This document shows positions 52,201-64,000 of a DNA stretch of 64,000 bases, piece by piece (the stretch's first letter is position 1; each line of letters starts with the position of its first letter). The notes under the pieces are model-generated. The model did no database searches. It was not told the origin of the DNA and saw only the letters and a list, made by a program, of their open reading frames with translations. The stretch is from Octopus sinensis. Taxonomy: Eukaryota. The stretch lies in the NCBI RefSeq assembly GCF_006345805.1, contig NC_043006.1:99448001-99512000 (forward strand). Reading direction: 5' to 3'. The position numbers and the translations under genes were made by a program.

Positions 52201-52291
52201 TTTTAGCTGATGAGTACGGGACACGTTTATATGCTGTAATTTTTGCAACTTTTAATAAAGCCTGTCCTTGTATGAAACGATTGTACTAAAA
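52201..52291 (+). ncRNA. Hammerhead ribozyme fold, canonical core (right arm)
   Basis: Stem I UUUUAG/CUAAAA; CUGAUGA; GUACGGGAC/GUCCUUGUAU stem II; GAAA; CGAUUG stem III; GUA triplet, predicted cut after 52285. Confidence 0.8.
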
Positions 52292-53534
52292 ACCTATCCA
52301 TTCTTGTTGCTTCTTTCTCGCGTATATATATATATATATATAGTCATGATGGTACTAAGGTGTAGGTACAGGAGGTGGTCAAACGCTGTATAAATAGTAG
52401 ACAACCACCATGTATGTATGAATTTATGTATGCAAGTATGTATGTATATATAACTAATACTCTTCCTACATATTCTTGTGTCATTACTAGCAATACACCA
52501 TCTCAGTAAACAATTGTTTAACTATATATACACACGTTTTTCGCCAGCTAGCACAAACTAGCTACTCACCGACATGTATTATGTATCTACGTTACACATG
52601 AAAACTATAGAATCTCTTTAAAAATACGTAAATTCAAACACGAATATATAAACCTCGGTTCCTGTATTTATTCACTATCATACACAATCAGTGAGAACAG
52701 GAAATTAAAGCAAAATTTGTATCATCTACATTTTATACTAAAGAAAACTTTATGCCATAATCCGTTATTGTCACACATCCTACATTCATGTATATACTGT
52801 CAATATAATTTTTACTGCTAATGTTTTGTTACGATGTGGTGTATGCATATCTTTACAGATTAGTTATGGGATAGAATTACCATCATAACATTATATATAT
52901 ATATATATATATATACGTATGTATGTAAATGTATATGTCCGTGTGTGTACGTGTGTGTGTGTAATGTATGTATGTGTGTCTGTGCATGTGTGTGTTCATA
53001 TATATATATACACACACAAACATATATGTATAAAGAAAGAAAGAAACAACGGCGGGTTAGCATTCACAACTGTTGTTTCACGCGTGTTTATTGACGAATA
53101 AACAGATTACATGTCAAGGAAACACATTTTCTTTGGGTGAATTATCAACTTCACGTTTCAAAATTATCACGTTTCAAAATTTAAAATTTTGTTCCAAGAT
53201 TATTGAAATGGAGAAAGCATGTTGACACTCTGATTGTGGAAACAAATAAGAAAGTTCTCACTTGTTGCTACAATGTTGTATTGGGGTCAACGTAATCGAC
53301 TGCACACCCTACCACAAAACCTGAGGCCTAATGACTTATACGGAAAAAATGAATATTATCCTTCATTGTAGTATTTTTTGCAATTTTTTTTCCACTTTTG
53401 CAACTAGCTTCCTCTATTATTTTTTCACACATACATACATACATGCATACATACATACTTGCATACATACATATATACATACATACATACATACTTGCAT
53501 GCATACATATATACATATATACATATATACAAAG

Positions 53535-53635
53535 GAGCACTCCGTCGGTTGCGACGACGAGGGTCCCAACTGATACGATCAACGGAAGAGCTTGCTTGTG
53601 AAACTAACGTGTAAGTGGCTGAGCACTCCACAAAC
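53535..53635 (-). mobile_element. Solo SINE tail type B
   Basis: rc matches 36355-36455. Confidence 0.7.
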
Positions 53636-53637
53636 AT

Positions 53638-53677
<40 letters not shown>

Positions 53678-53946
53678 GTATAATTATATACAAACACATA
53701 CACACATTTAGAATGACTAGAGTAACAGATGAATAAATGTCGACCAGCAGTTTCTTAATCTGTGTCCGGTTCTGTCTGTGACGTCACCTACATTCACACC
53801 CATAAATATATGTAGAGATACATAGAGACGCACATAAGTTTACATGCATATAAAAATAAGCTATAACTGTGGTCTACACTCCAGAACGATTCCTGAAAAT
53901 TTCAACATCAGACTCTGCTAGGATTTACAATTTTTTTTTTATATTG

Positions 53947-54340
53947 TAGGCGTTGGAGTGGTTGTGTGGTAAGTAGCTTGCTTGCGAACCACATGGTTCC
54001 GGCTTCAGTCCCACTGCGTGGCACCCTGGGCATGTTTCTTCTACTATAGCCTCGGGTCGACCAAAGCCTTGTGAGTGGATTTGGTGGACGGAAACTGAAA
54101 GAAGCATGTCGTATATGTGTTTATGTATATGTATGTGTGTGTGTATACGTGTGTGTTTCTGTGTTTGTTCACCCCCCAGCATAGCTTGAGAAACGATGAT
54201 GGTGTGTTTGCGTCCTCGTAACTCGGCAAAAGAGACCGATAAAAAAGTACTAGGCTTACAAACAATAAGTTCTGGGGTCGATTTGCTCGACCCCAGAATG
54301 GCCACAGTTAGATGACTGAAACAAATAAAAGAGTTAAGAG
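53947..54340 (+). mobile_element. tRNA-derived SINE
   Basis: Same family as 43082. Confidence 0.9.
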
Positions 54341-54825
54341 TATTGTAGCAAGAAATGGATGCATTTAGCAAATTTCTAATTACAGATTCTATGAGAACGA
54401 CAATATTTGTTGGGTACAAAAACGTCGAGTATTGTACGTTTAAAATGTGTTTATTTGATATATGCAAATTGTGGAAGTCTGCGAAACAACTTAATTGCCT
54501 ACTACACAATAATGAGAAATTTATATTCTAGCAGATCCTGATGTCTGAATTAAGATGATTTCTTCTGATGGTTAGTTCCTTCATAACATTTTAGCATAAT
54601 TATATTTAATGTGTGCGCGTGTGTGTGTATGTCTTTTTCGGTAAACATTTGTGTCCAATGTATCTCTTTGACATTTCTTGGAATTCTGAATTCTGTGCCT
54701 CTTCATTGAAGTCCGTTCGCCAATAGTCATATACATATTCCATAAAGGCATATGTTGCTCAATTTCCGAACAGCTATCGTATATCATACAAATTTAAGAA
54801 TTATAATTTCACCGTCTATTTATCT

Positions 54826-54950
<125 letters not shown>

Positions 54951-56138
54951 TATATATGTCTGTCTATCCACCTATCCATTTAGCTATCTGTATGTTTATC
55001 TATCCAAGTATCTATCTGCAACCAGATATCTTTCTGTATCGCCCTCTCTTTCCTTCTCTATTACTCTTTCTTTCACTCTTTCTCTCTCCCTCTCGCTGAA
55101 TTTATTCATTTATCTCGTTCATATGTACGCACATAGTAACATCAATAAAAATATAGCATATATATAAATGCACATAACCATGCATATACACTTTGAATGA
55201 AGAAAATTTTCACAATATTTATATTACTGCCACTAAACCGAACAACACAAACACTCACAAAGTGACACATAAATACTGTAAGTACACAGGCATTCACCTA
55301 ATACTATCAGCCACCCAATAGATCAAAATTGCATGCATTGGCCTCTTGAATTTTCGCCAGAAATTAGCGGAATATAATTAGTACGTGTCAAGATAATATT
55401 CTGATACCACGGCTGTATTATGCAGGAAATTGTAAATATGGACACAGTCGTAGCTCCTGTAGCTTCGAATAACTGTAAATTTATTAAAGACAGGGTGGCG
55501 ATCGCTAAATAATTTCCCAGATAGCTACAGAATTTGTCACAACAGAAACGTAGATACTTCCAACGGCTCAGTAAGCAAACCATGCCTATTGTTATATATT
55601 TGCTTAGTCGTTATGAACACTTGAGATTTCTTCCAAAGTTTGCTCATATAACATGCTGTCATAATCTCAGAAATAAGCCAATCATTCTGCAAAAAGAATA
55701 TTAATTTACACAGCTTGCAACTGTCTGCAACTTCGTTTGGTTATGAAAGCATTATAAGATAAAAATCTTAGCTATCCCTCGCAACCGATTATGACATGTA
55801 GATTTTATCACAATTTCAATATTTGCTTTAGTTGACCATGGTGAAGCAAGCAGACATTGATTTCCTTAATCTTCTTAACATTTATCCAGAGGAACAACAA
55901 GAATATGACTACTAGAGGAAAAGGGAGATGCACCACTAATTGTGCTGTACTCATATCTAATTGAATACACTAGAGCAACAAGAAATGTTATGAATTCCAC
56001 AATGGGACAGGGCGCAGCCAAGTCAAAAGATTAATTTATAAATTTATGATAAGGAGTCCATACACTTCTCTTGCAAATGAACATTCAGATTTAACATATA
56101 TGTGGTTAAGTGTGTGGGTATTCTATAGATCACCCATG

Positions 56139-56174
<36 letters not shown>

Positions 56175-56182
56175 ATATATAT

Positions 56183-56412
56183 ACAAGAAAAAAGCAACGA
56201 GAATGGATTAGTTTTTCAGTACATTTGTTTCATACAAAGAACAGCTTTATTAAAAGCTGCAAATATTGCAGCAAATACAAGTGTCCCGTACTCATCAGCC
56301 AAAACACATATATATTTTATGGTTAATACCATATAGATTTCTGGTGCATCTAAGTTAATTACCGCATTCATGTGAATTAATTGGAACTCACATGAATCTT
56401 AATTGCTTTTAC
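56183..56412 (-). mobile_element. Short TA-flanked relative of the palindrome terminus, with hammerhead fold at 56214-56304
   Basis: 56183-56305 resembles 49984-50105; 56340-56412 resembles rc of 49865-49935; intact CUGAUGA/GAAA/GUA. Confidence 0.75.
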
Positions 56413-56451
<39 letters not shown>

Positions 56452-56453
<2 letters not shown>

Positions 56454-56793
56454 TGACACCCCTTCGGTCAGACACTGACCATGGGTTTGCACCTAGAGAG
56501 TTACCCTCTGAGGCACAAGTCTGGGCAAGGTTGTTTTATGGAAGACCAGCAGTCACCCGTGCATACCGGCGTCCCCTCTCCACGTCACCGATGTTGTCCA
56601 AGGGAAAGGCAAAGGGGCCGATACAGCTTGGCACCTGTGACGTCGCAACTCATTTCTACAGCTGAGTGAACTGGAGCAACGTGAAATAAAGTGTCTTGCT
56701 CTTGAACACAACATGCAGCCCGGTCCGGGATTCGAGCTCACAACCTCACGATCGTAAGCTCGACGCTCTAACCACTGAGCCACACGCCTTCAC
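56452..56793 (-). mobile_element. tRNA-derived SINE with CORE-like segment, fourth family
   Basis: rc tggctcagtggttagagc..gctcgaatcc head; gagcaagacactttatttcac..ctcagctgtagaaatgag core. Confidence 0.85.
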
Positions 56794-56807
56794 TTATATA
56801 TATATAT

Positions 56808-56846
<39 letters not shown>

Positions 56847-57827
56847 ATGTATATATATATATATTTGGGTTGGCAACTAAGTTCCCGCCGTTTTTCTTGT
56901 AAATTTTGGAATGTATTGCATTATAATCTGTAATGTCGGGGGAACCAAAAACATTTTGTGTCCCCTCTAGATTACAGATAGGACTTGCTTTGTATATTGT
57001 GTCCACACAGAAGCTTTGTATCTCTCTACACTTTTTACTCATATTTCTCATACATTTTTATATATTTTGTTGACATATTTCTAGAGATACTATTTCATAG
57101 TTCCATTGCTCATAGATTTTTTTTACACATATTTTTTTCTGTGTGCTACCTTCCTCCCTGAATTTTTCCTGTGCGCATATAGGCGTATATGAATTTTTGT
57201 TGTTCGCGCGTGTAGATGTGTGTGTTGGGTAGGTGCGTGTATAGACGTGTCTGTATGTGTACGTGCATGCGAGTATGTGTGTATATAGACGTGTTTAATT
57301 GTTATTGCTTATTTTTTGCACACTTTTTTCACATTTTCCCGTGCTTTGCGTTTAACTTTTTGTTTTTCTTGTTCATGTGCATATGTAGATGTGTGTATGA
57401 ACCTTTTCTTTGCGCACGCGTGTGTGTGCGAGCGTGTATGCGGGTATTCATATATGTTTTGGTGAATGTGTGGCTGAACATGTGTGTTTCAAGTGAGGGT
57501 GGATGAGTATATACATATAGGCACATGTACGTGGGTATTCGGGCGCGCATGTATATGCATTAACATGCACACTTATGCGATTCCTATGAACATTTTTACT
57601 CCCTTACCTTTACTCTCTCCCCTTACTTAGCGGTCATTCTAATAGCTCTGTTGTCTTAATAACGGTCAATCACACAGTAATTCCTCTTTGTTTTAACGGT
57701 CATTTTCATAGCATATTTTTCGATGGCCCAATAAGTGAAGTGATGCCGACGTGAGTGCCCGCCCCCGTCATCCGAAACTCGGACTTTTATCATTTGCAAC
57801 GGAATAATTGTCACATATTACATTTAC

Positions 57828-57894
<67 letters not shown>

Positions 57895-58147
57895 TTCGTG
57901 TGTGTGCGTATACATATGTAAGCATATTGACACACAAATAAGTAGGTATGTCTGTGTATGTAAGCTATTACAGAGACATGTTTCAAATTGGAAGGGAACT
58001 ATTCCCCTAATTTGTAACTGTTTTATTTTATCAAAATATGAACTGCTGACGGTGATATTACTCGGTACCTCACCATTATTACATAAAAGACATTTATTTC
58101 CTTTGAGAGATACTGTAGTGTTCAGTTTCTTTTATGGAAATATCTGT

Positions 58148-58566
58148 TACTCTTTTACTCTTTACTCTTTTACTTGTTTCAGTCATTTGACTGCGGCCAT
58201 GCTGGAGCACCGCCTTTAATCAAGCAACTCGACCCCGGGACTTATTCTTTTTGTAAGCCCAGTACTTATTCTATCGGTCTCTTTTTGCCGAACCGCTAAG
58301 TGACGGGGACGTAAACACACCAGCATCGGTTGTCAAGCAATACTAGGGGAACAAACACAGACACACAACACACACACATACATATATATATATACATATA
58401 TACGACAGGCTTCTTTCAGTTTCCGTCTACCAAATCCACTCACAAGGCATTGGTCGGCCCAGGGCTATAGCAGAAGACACTTGCCCAAGATGCCACGCAG
58501 TGGGACTGAACCCAGAACCATGTGGTTGGTTAGCAAGCTACTTACCACACAGCCACTCCCGCGCCT
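58148..58566 (-). mobile_element. tRNA-derived SINE, full length
   Basis: Same family as 4538-4937. Confidence 0.92.
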
Positions 58567-59338
58567 TTACTTTGGCAAAGTAGAAGGCTTATTTCAGTTA
58601 TTTTTCCAGACAATACTTAATTTAAATATTTCTCAGGTGTTCACCTTTAAAATCAATTTGCTTCTTAAACTTCATACACGGATGCATTTCATGGAGTAAC
58701 TACTTTCTTGTTTCTTTTATTATCTGAAATTATGGAACGATGGAATTTGCTAGCTAGCATGTTCTACAAATTATTAAGAGTCGGGACCCATGTCGCATAA
58801 ATTGTCAGGTACTCAGCTATATTCACTGTCAAATATGAGAAGCATGTTTTTAAATTTTGCACAGTTGAATTATTGGCATTCATTAGATAATTGAACTGTA
58901 ACAAAATTGGTCTGACAATCCTCACAGATATTTGAATTTTTATAGCTAGCAACTATTCCATGCTAGCAGGGAACTATAGATGTTAGAGAAATTATCTTTT
59001 TGAAAGTCAAAAAAGAAGATAAACAAGTTAAAATATTAAAATAATAGTGGACATTATCTCTTTGATCTACTGTTTAATTATTTGCTATAAACTAGTCAAC
59101 CCAAATTAATTTACAATGCATTAATATTAAAATGGGGGAGAGAGAAACGTTGCTGTATTTAATAAGAATATTAATGATTGATATTTTCCTTTTTTTTAAT
59201 CAAAAACTTAAAAATCGTTTACAAGAAAATTTGTCAGCTTACCCATGCGTTAATTTAATATTTCATCTAAACCTACTCAATTGGTTGTTTTACTGCTTCT
59301 GTAAAAGCATTACTTAGACGCATGCACATACACGGACA

Positions 59339-59404
<66 letters not shown>

Positions 59405-61428
59405 CGTATATATATATATATATATATGTATATGAACTAAAGATACAAATGTAAAATTTAAATATCCCTGTAAAGAATTTAATAACTAGTATGTGTTAGC
59501 TCAGTCAATTACCTGAACTTTTCAACTTTTTTCCTATTGTTTTTGTAAGTGGATCAAACACAATATTTTATATTTTAGCCTAGCTGCCCGCAATGTTGAC
59601 AATCCATTTTATAATAACAATGTAAAGAAAAGTCACGGAAAAATAATTTCAAAAAGATGAAAGAAACAAGGAAAAATAATAATTCATAAAGTCTGTCTTA
59701 GTTACTTTGATTGTGTTTACGAAGTTAATATTCTGCATGTGACAGACAAAACATATTAAATTATTACTTGCAAGTCAATGAGCAGTTCAATTCATAACCA
59801 TTCAACTTTAATATATTGTTTCTCTTTCCGCAGTCAAAATATTTAAATTACTTCCTTTTAAGTTTTCTTTTAAATTTGTGTTTCATTACCAAATTCTTTG
59901 AAACCAATATCATCAAGCTATATAATATTCCACACTCTACCGCACCTACCGGTTTTGTTTGCAAGCAAAAATAAAACATTTCATTTGTATTAATTTTAGA
60001 TTTTTATTTTTGGATGACAACGGTCATATTTTTAAAATTCCTTTATTAAAATCTCATCTTTGGAATTGCTAATACTACACATGGAGATGAGATTAATGCC
60101 ATATAATGCAATCTCTTCACACGTTAACATAGTAGGCATGCACTGGACGAATAGTTATGAAGTTTATAGGGAGCATCGGACCCTGTGGCTTTGGTACCAA
60201 CTGTCATTTTCTTATAACTTACAGTCGTCTTATATCTTGCAATTCAATTCGGATTTACGGATACTCGATATAAGGTCCACGTGTGTATCGCCACGTGCGT
60301 ATTTTACTGTTGATTCAAAAGATAAATTCTTCACTAACGCACGTTATTTCTCTTGTTCTAAAACGTGAACTCACATCATCATACGAGAGAGATCCGACGC
60401 ATATATCCATAATAAGAGTAGAGGTTTGGTTAATCTTCATATACCTCATTTACTGTTTATTTGATTTCACATCTTCGTAAAATGACATTCATTCGATGGT
60501 TACACCATGAAATCAACCCAATATTGTTTTACCAATAGAAACCATGGACTGTTGAAAATAATTTAGCTAATCGAGATTTTAACTCTCTTTCTAAAGTGTT
60601 AGAACAAAATACAAGAAGATATATTCTATGGATAACTCCACTTCAAAGAAACAATATTCCATATATGATGTTATAATCGACTCCACCGTCAACCAAATGC
60701 GGAATAAAATATTTGCAATTTTATTTAACACACATATTAAGTTTAGACGCTCATATGTAGCTTAGTAAATTCATATATGCAGGAATTATAAGGACCATGA
60801 AATGCACACAGTAGAGTCTTTCAAATAATATATATGTATTCATGTGGTTAGGGAATTCTACGAATGCAAAATATCAAATCTATATGTTATCGTTAAAACA
60901 ATGGTATTTTTAATAGTTGTATTCTAAAGTAATTTACTTCATGTAACAAAAAGTGACAAAAAGAAGGTAAGAAAATTATTATCCTCGGGTTATCAAGGTA
61001 TAATACAAAACACTGAACTTAAAATTATGCTTACAAACACACGACCGTCTCTTATACATTGAAATATACATACACATTTATTTTAGTAATGATTACAAAT
61101 AGTGACTCTGATATAAGGATCGAGCTTCAAATGCTGAGAAAGGTATTGCTATGGTGGGAAGGGAGTTGTTATGATGGAAAGGTGTTGTTATGCTGAGCAG
61201 GGCAATACTTCCCTGTATATGGGTGTGTATAGGTATGCAAAATAATTATGTCTGTATATACGTGTTTCTATGGGTGGATAGGTGTTTGTGCATGTGTGTG
61301 TGGGTATATATGTTTGCATGTATACCTTTTCGGATATAGTTCTCAATAAGTGTATGCGAATGTGTGTGTACATGCATATTTATAAGTGTTAAGAAATGTG
61401 TGCGTATATTCGTATACTCGTATATGTA

Positions 61429-61512
<84 letters not shown>

Positions 61513-62204
61513 TGTGTGAATATATATATATAAGGAAAATAAGACACGGTGCAAAATGCTAAAATAATTTTATGAAGAACATTTTAGTACCGGTTTCAGA
61601 CTTTGCCACTTTTCAACTTAGTGTAAAGCATGAAAAACAATTAAATTGTAGAAAAATTAAATTAAATGTTTTTTTTTAAACATTTCCATAGTTTTCAAAT
61701 CTCTAAACACAAACCCAAGTACACGACAACAGCACTGAAGCAGTCAGTAAGAAAATGCAAAAGACAACCTAATTGAGTGATCGGAGATTCTTTTTCAAAC
61801 AGGGCCAAAGTTTTACAGTGCAAAGCTACTTCACATGTACTTAGGGAAACTTAGTATATGTATTAACTTGCTCAGGATGTCCAGAGCAATACATATGTCA
61901 AACCAAATGTAGTTGACGTCAAAGGATGATTCTATATAGTTCCCAGGTTAAAATTCGGGAATACAAAAAAATAACATTTAGTGAACACATTTGCGGCACT
62001 AACGAACAACCCAACTTCAGAATTTTCCCCTCTATAAATCCGGGGACGATGCAACCTATAAAAATTATCCCAAAAAGCCATCTCTACTTCTTTTTTCAAA
62101 TATGTTAAAATGTTTCCAGTACTTTCGTTTACTTATTATATACATACATGTGTGTGCTATTGTGCGTGTATGGGTGTGTCTCTTTTTCCCTATAGGTTGA
62201 TGTA

Positions 62205-62375
62205 CTTTCTACTTTTTTCGTTCTTTATTTTCTCTGTCTGTACCTTTCTGTTCCTTTCTGTAGAAGAGCGTAGGCCCGAAACGTTAAAGACTGTTTTCCT
62301 TTCCGAGCGTTAAGCTAATACATCTGTTTGTTGTCTAGACCACCCGTCTTCGTCTTTTTTTGCGAATTCGTCCTA
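62205..62375 (+). mobile_element. Solo PLE terminal module
   Basis: ctgtagaagagcgtaggcccgaaacgttaaagac..gagcgttaagctaatac matches 42455-42640. Confidence 0.7.
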
Positions 62376-64000
62376 TATATAAATATACCCGTACACCTAC
62401 AGCCACCTCTTCAGAAAAAGAGACATACGCACATACACCCACAATAACACAGGCACATGTATATGTATAAACACATACGCTGAAACACATGCATTCATAC
62501 ATGTACACACATATAATCACATTGACACAGGCATAGAAATGACATAGACACTTATGCCTAGAAGTAAACGACATGTGTGCATATCTGTATATAATTGATA
62601 TCTACATTATGAAAGAATAAACTCATACATATATGCAAAATAATATAAGAGGCTGAAGAATATGAAACATGCAAGAATTCCTCGTGTGTTCGTAAAAAAT
62701 ATAGGAATATATATTGATACTCATAAAATGTATGGGAAGAACATAATTGAAGAGATAAATATAAGAGTTATGGCTTGTATAAACTGATAATTTAATATTA
62801 AATTTCATCGTTATTATATTATATTAGTATTAAATCTCAGATCATTAATAACATTTATCGCACGAAAGAAATTTAAGATAATTTTTACCACAACATATTT
62901 TTGTAATTAGATTGGAAAGGACTTTAAATTATAATTTCCCGTTTGGAACCTTGGAAAGGATTTGGTACGGCTTGAAATTTCTATAGAAATTCACATGTCC
63001 TTAGCCTACAGATAATTTTCCTACTTCCAGTAAATTCGAATGGATTCAAAACAACAAAGAACATTGTTGGATTTCGAATTGAATATATATTCAGAAATAC
63101 ATCAGTTTCCTTTTATAATATTATTTAAAAAATCGAGTAGCATTATATAATTTTAAAATTAGAAGTAGGGCTCATGCAGAACTTAGAGGGGCAGTGACCT
63201 TTTAGAGTACAATCATAAACTAAATCATTAAGTTTGCAGAAATCGTTTAGTGGAAAATTAGCTTTCAATCAACAATTAAATTGGTCTAGTGCTTGTGCAA
63301 GGAAGAGTTATTACATACAGGTAACCTAATTCATATTTTTAATATTTTATTCTTATTTCTAACTTCATTTAGTTTGTCACTAGAGCAAAAATTAAATTTG
63401 TTGCGTTTAAACTATAACATTGATTAGCAGTTTAGTGATTATTAAGACAATGACAACCATTATTACGACCATTGTCATTATTAATGCTTTTGAGATTATC
63501 ATGGTGAGTACAAGCATTATTAATATGATCAATCCAACTCATTCTACAATTATTAACATAATAGATAATATAAATGCTGCAGTCCGCGGGACACTTTGCA
63601 TTAATACGAGATTGTTTACAATAAATATCTTACTTGTTTATTTAATTTGATTTTACTGTAATAGAGGCTAAATTAGATGAGGAGAATATGAAGTTTTACT
63701 TGAAAATGTAACATTACAGCAGGTAATATTTCCTGTTTCCTGTTTCTTTAATCACAACTCATTGATAGCTTATTATCTTCAGTGAGACCAGAGTCATTCA
63801 TTAGTTTTACGTGAATTATTGTGATGCGTGTGGTCAGCGTAAAGGAAATTGGAATCTATTATGTAAAATACCACAGGTATTACAAATACTACAGATATAT
63901 TTAATAAATAGCAAGGTAACATATTTCCAGGATGTGGATGAGAAACGCGTGGTTGTGTCTGTCTCACATGTGTATGTATGAGTATTCGTCTATATGCGTG

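Larger units (their letters stand above)
49984..52321. mobile_element. 2.3-kb palindromic element: ~796-bp inverted arms, ~746-bp spacer
   Basis: 49984-50779 vs 51526-52321; about a dozen differences counted by eye; no ORF. Confidence 0.95.

Noticed and set aside
60223-60306. 84-bp minus-strand segment with good acceptor and GTAAGT donor
   Set aside because: Stop codons in all three frames and no other support; at most a non-coding or terminal exon.

Overview
Eukaryotic, AT-rich, repeat-saturated DNA. The SINE families present point to an octopus/cephalopod genome (inference from family recognition, not from a search). I find no confidently supported host gene, rRNA, true tRNA or CRISPR array. 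Nearly all computed ORFs are microsatellite artefacts or transposon debris. Recognisable content: many tRNA-derived SINEs, a Gypsy gag-PR-RT relic, several Dong/R4-type and one HERO-type REL-endonuclease LINEs, two Penelope-like elements (PLEs), mariner/Tc1 relics, a Helitron-type mini-element and a recent 1.36-kb tandem duplication. The most striking signal is window-wide: more than ten hammerhead-ribozyme folds, read by eye, sitting in PLE termini and in non-coding (TA)n-flanked foldback elements. These include a 2.3-kb palindrome with a canonical hammerhead near each end, and recurring core variants (CCGAnGA; CUGUnGA). PLE hammerheads are an established phenomenon, so any novelty lies in the variant cores and the non-autonomous foldback carriers, and none has been tested. 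A second highlight is a Dong/R4 LINE whose 5' part is inverted in twin-priming geometry.
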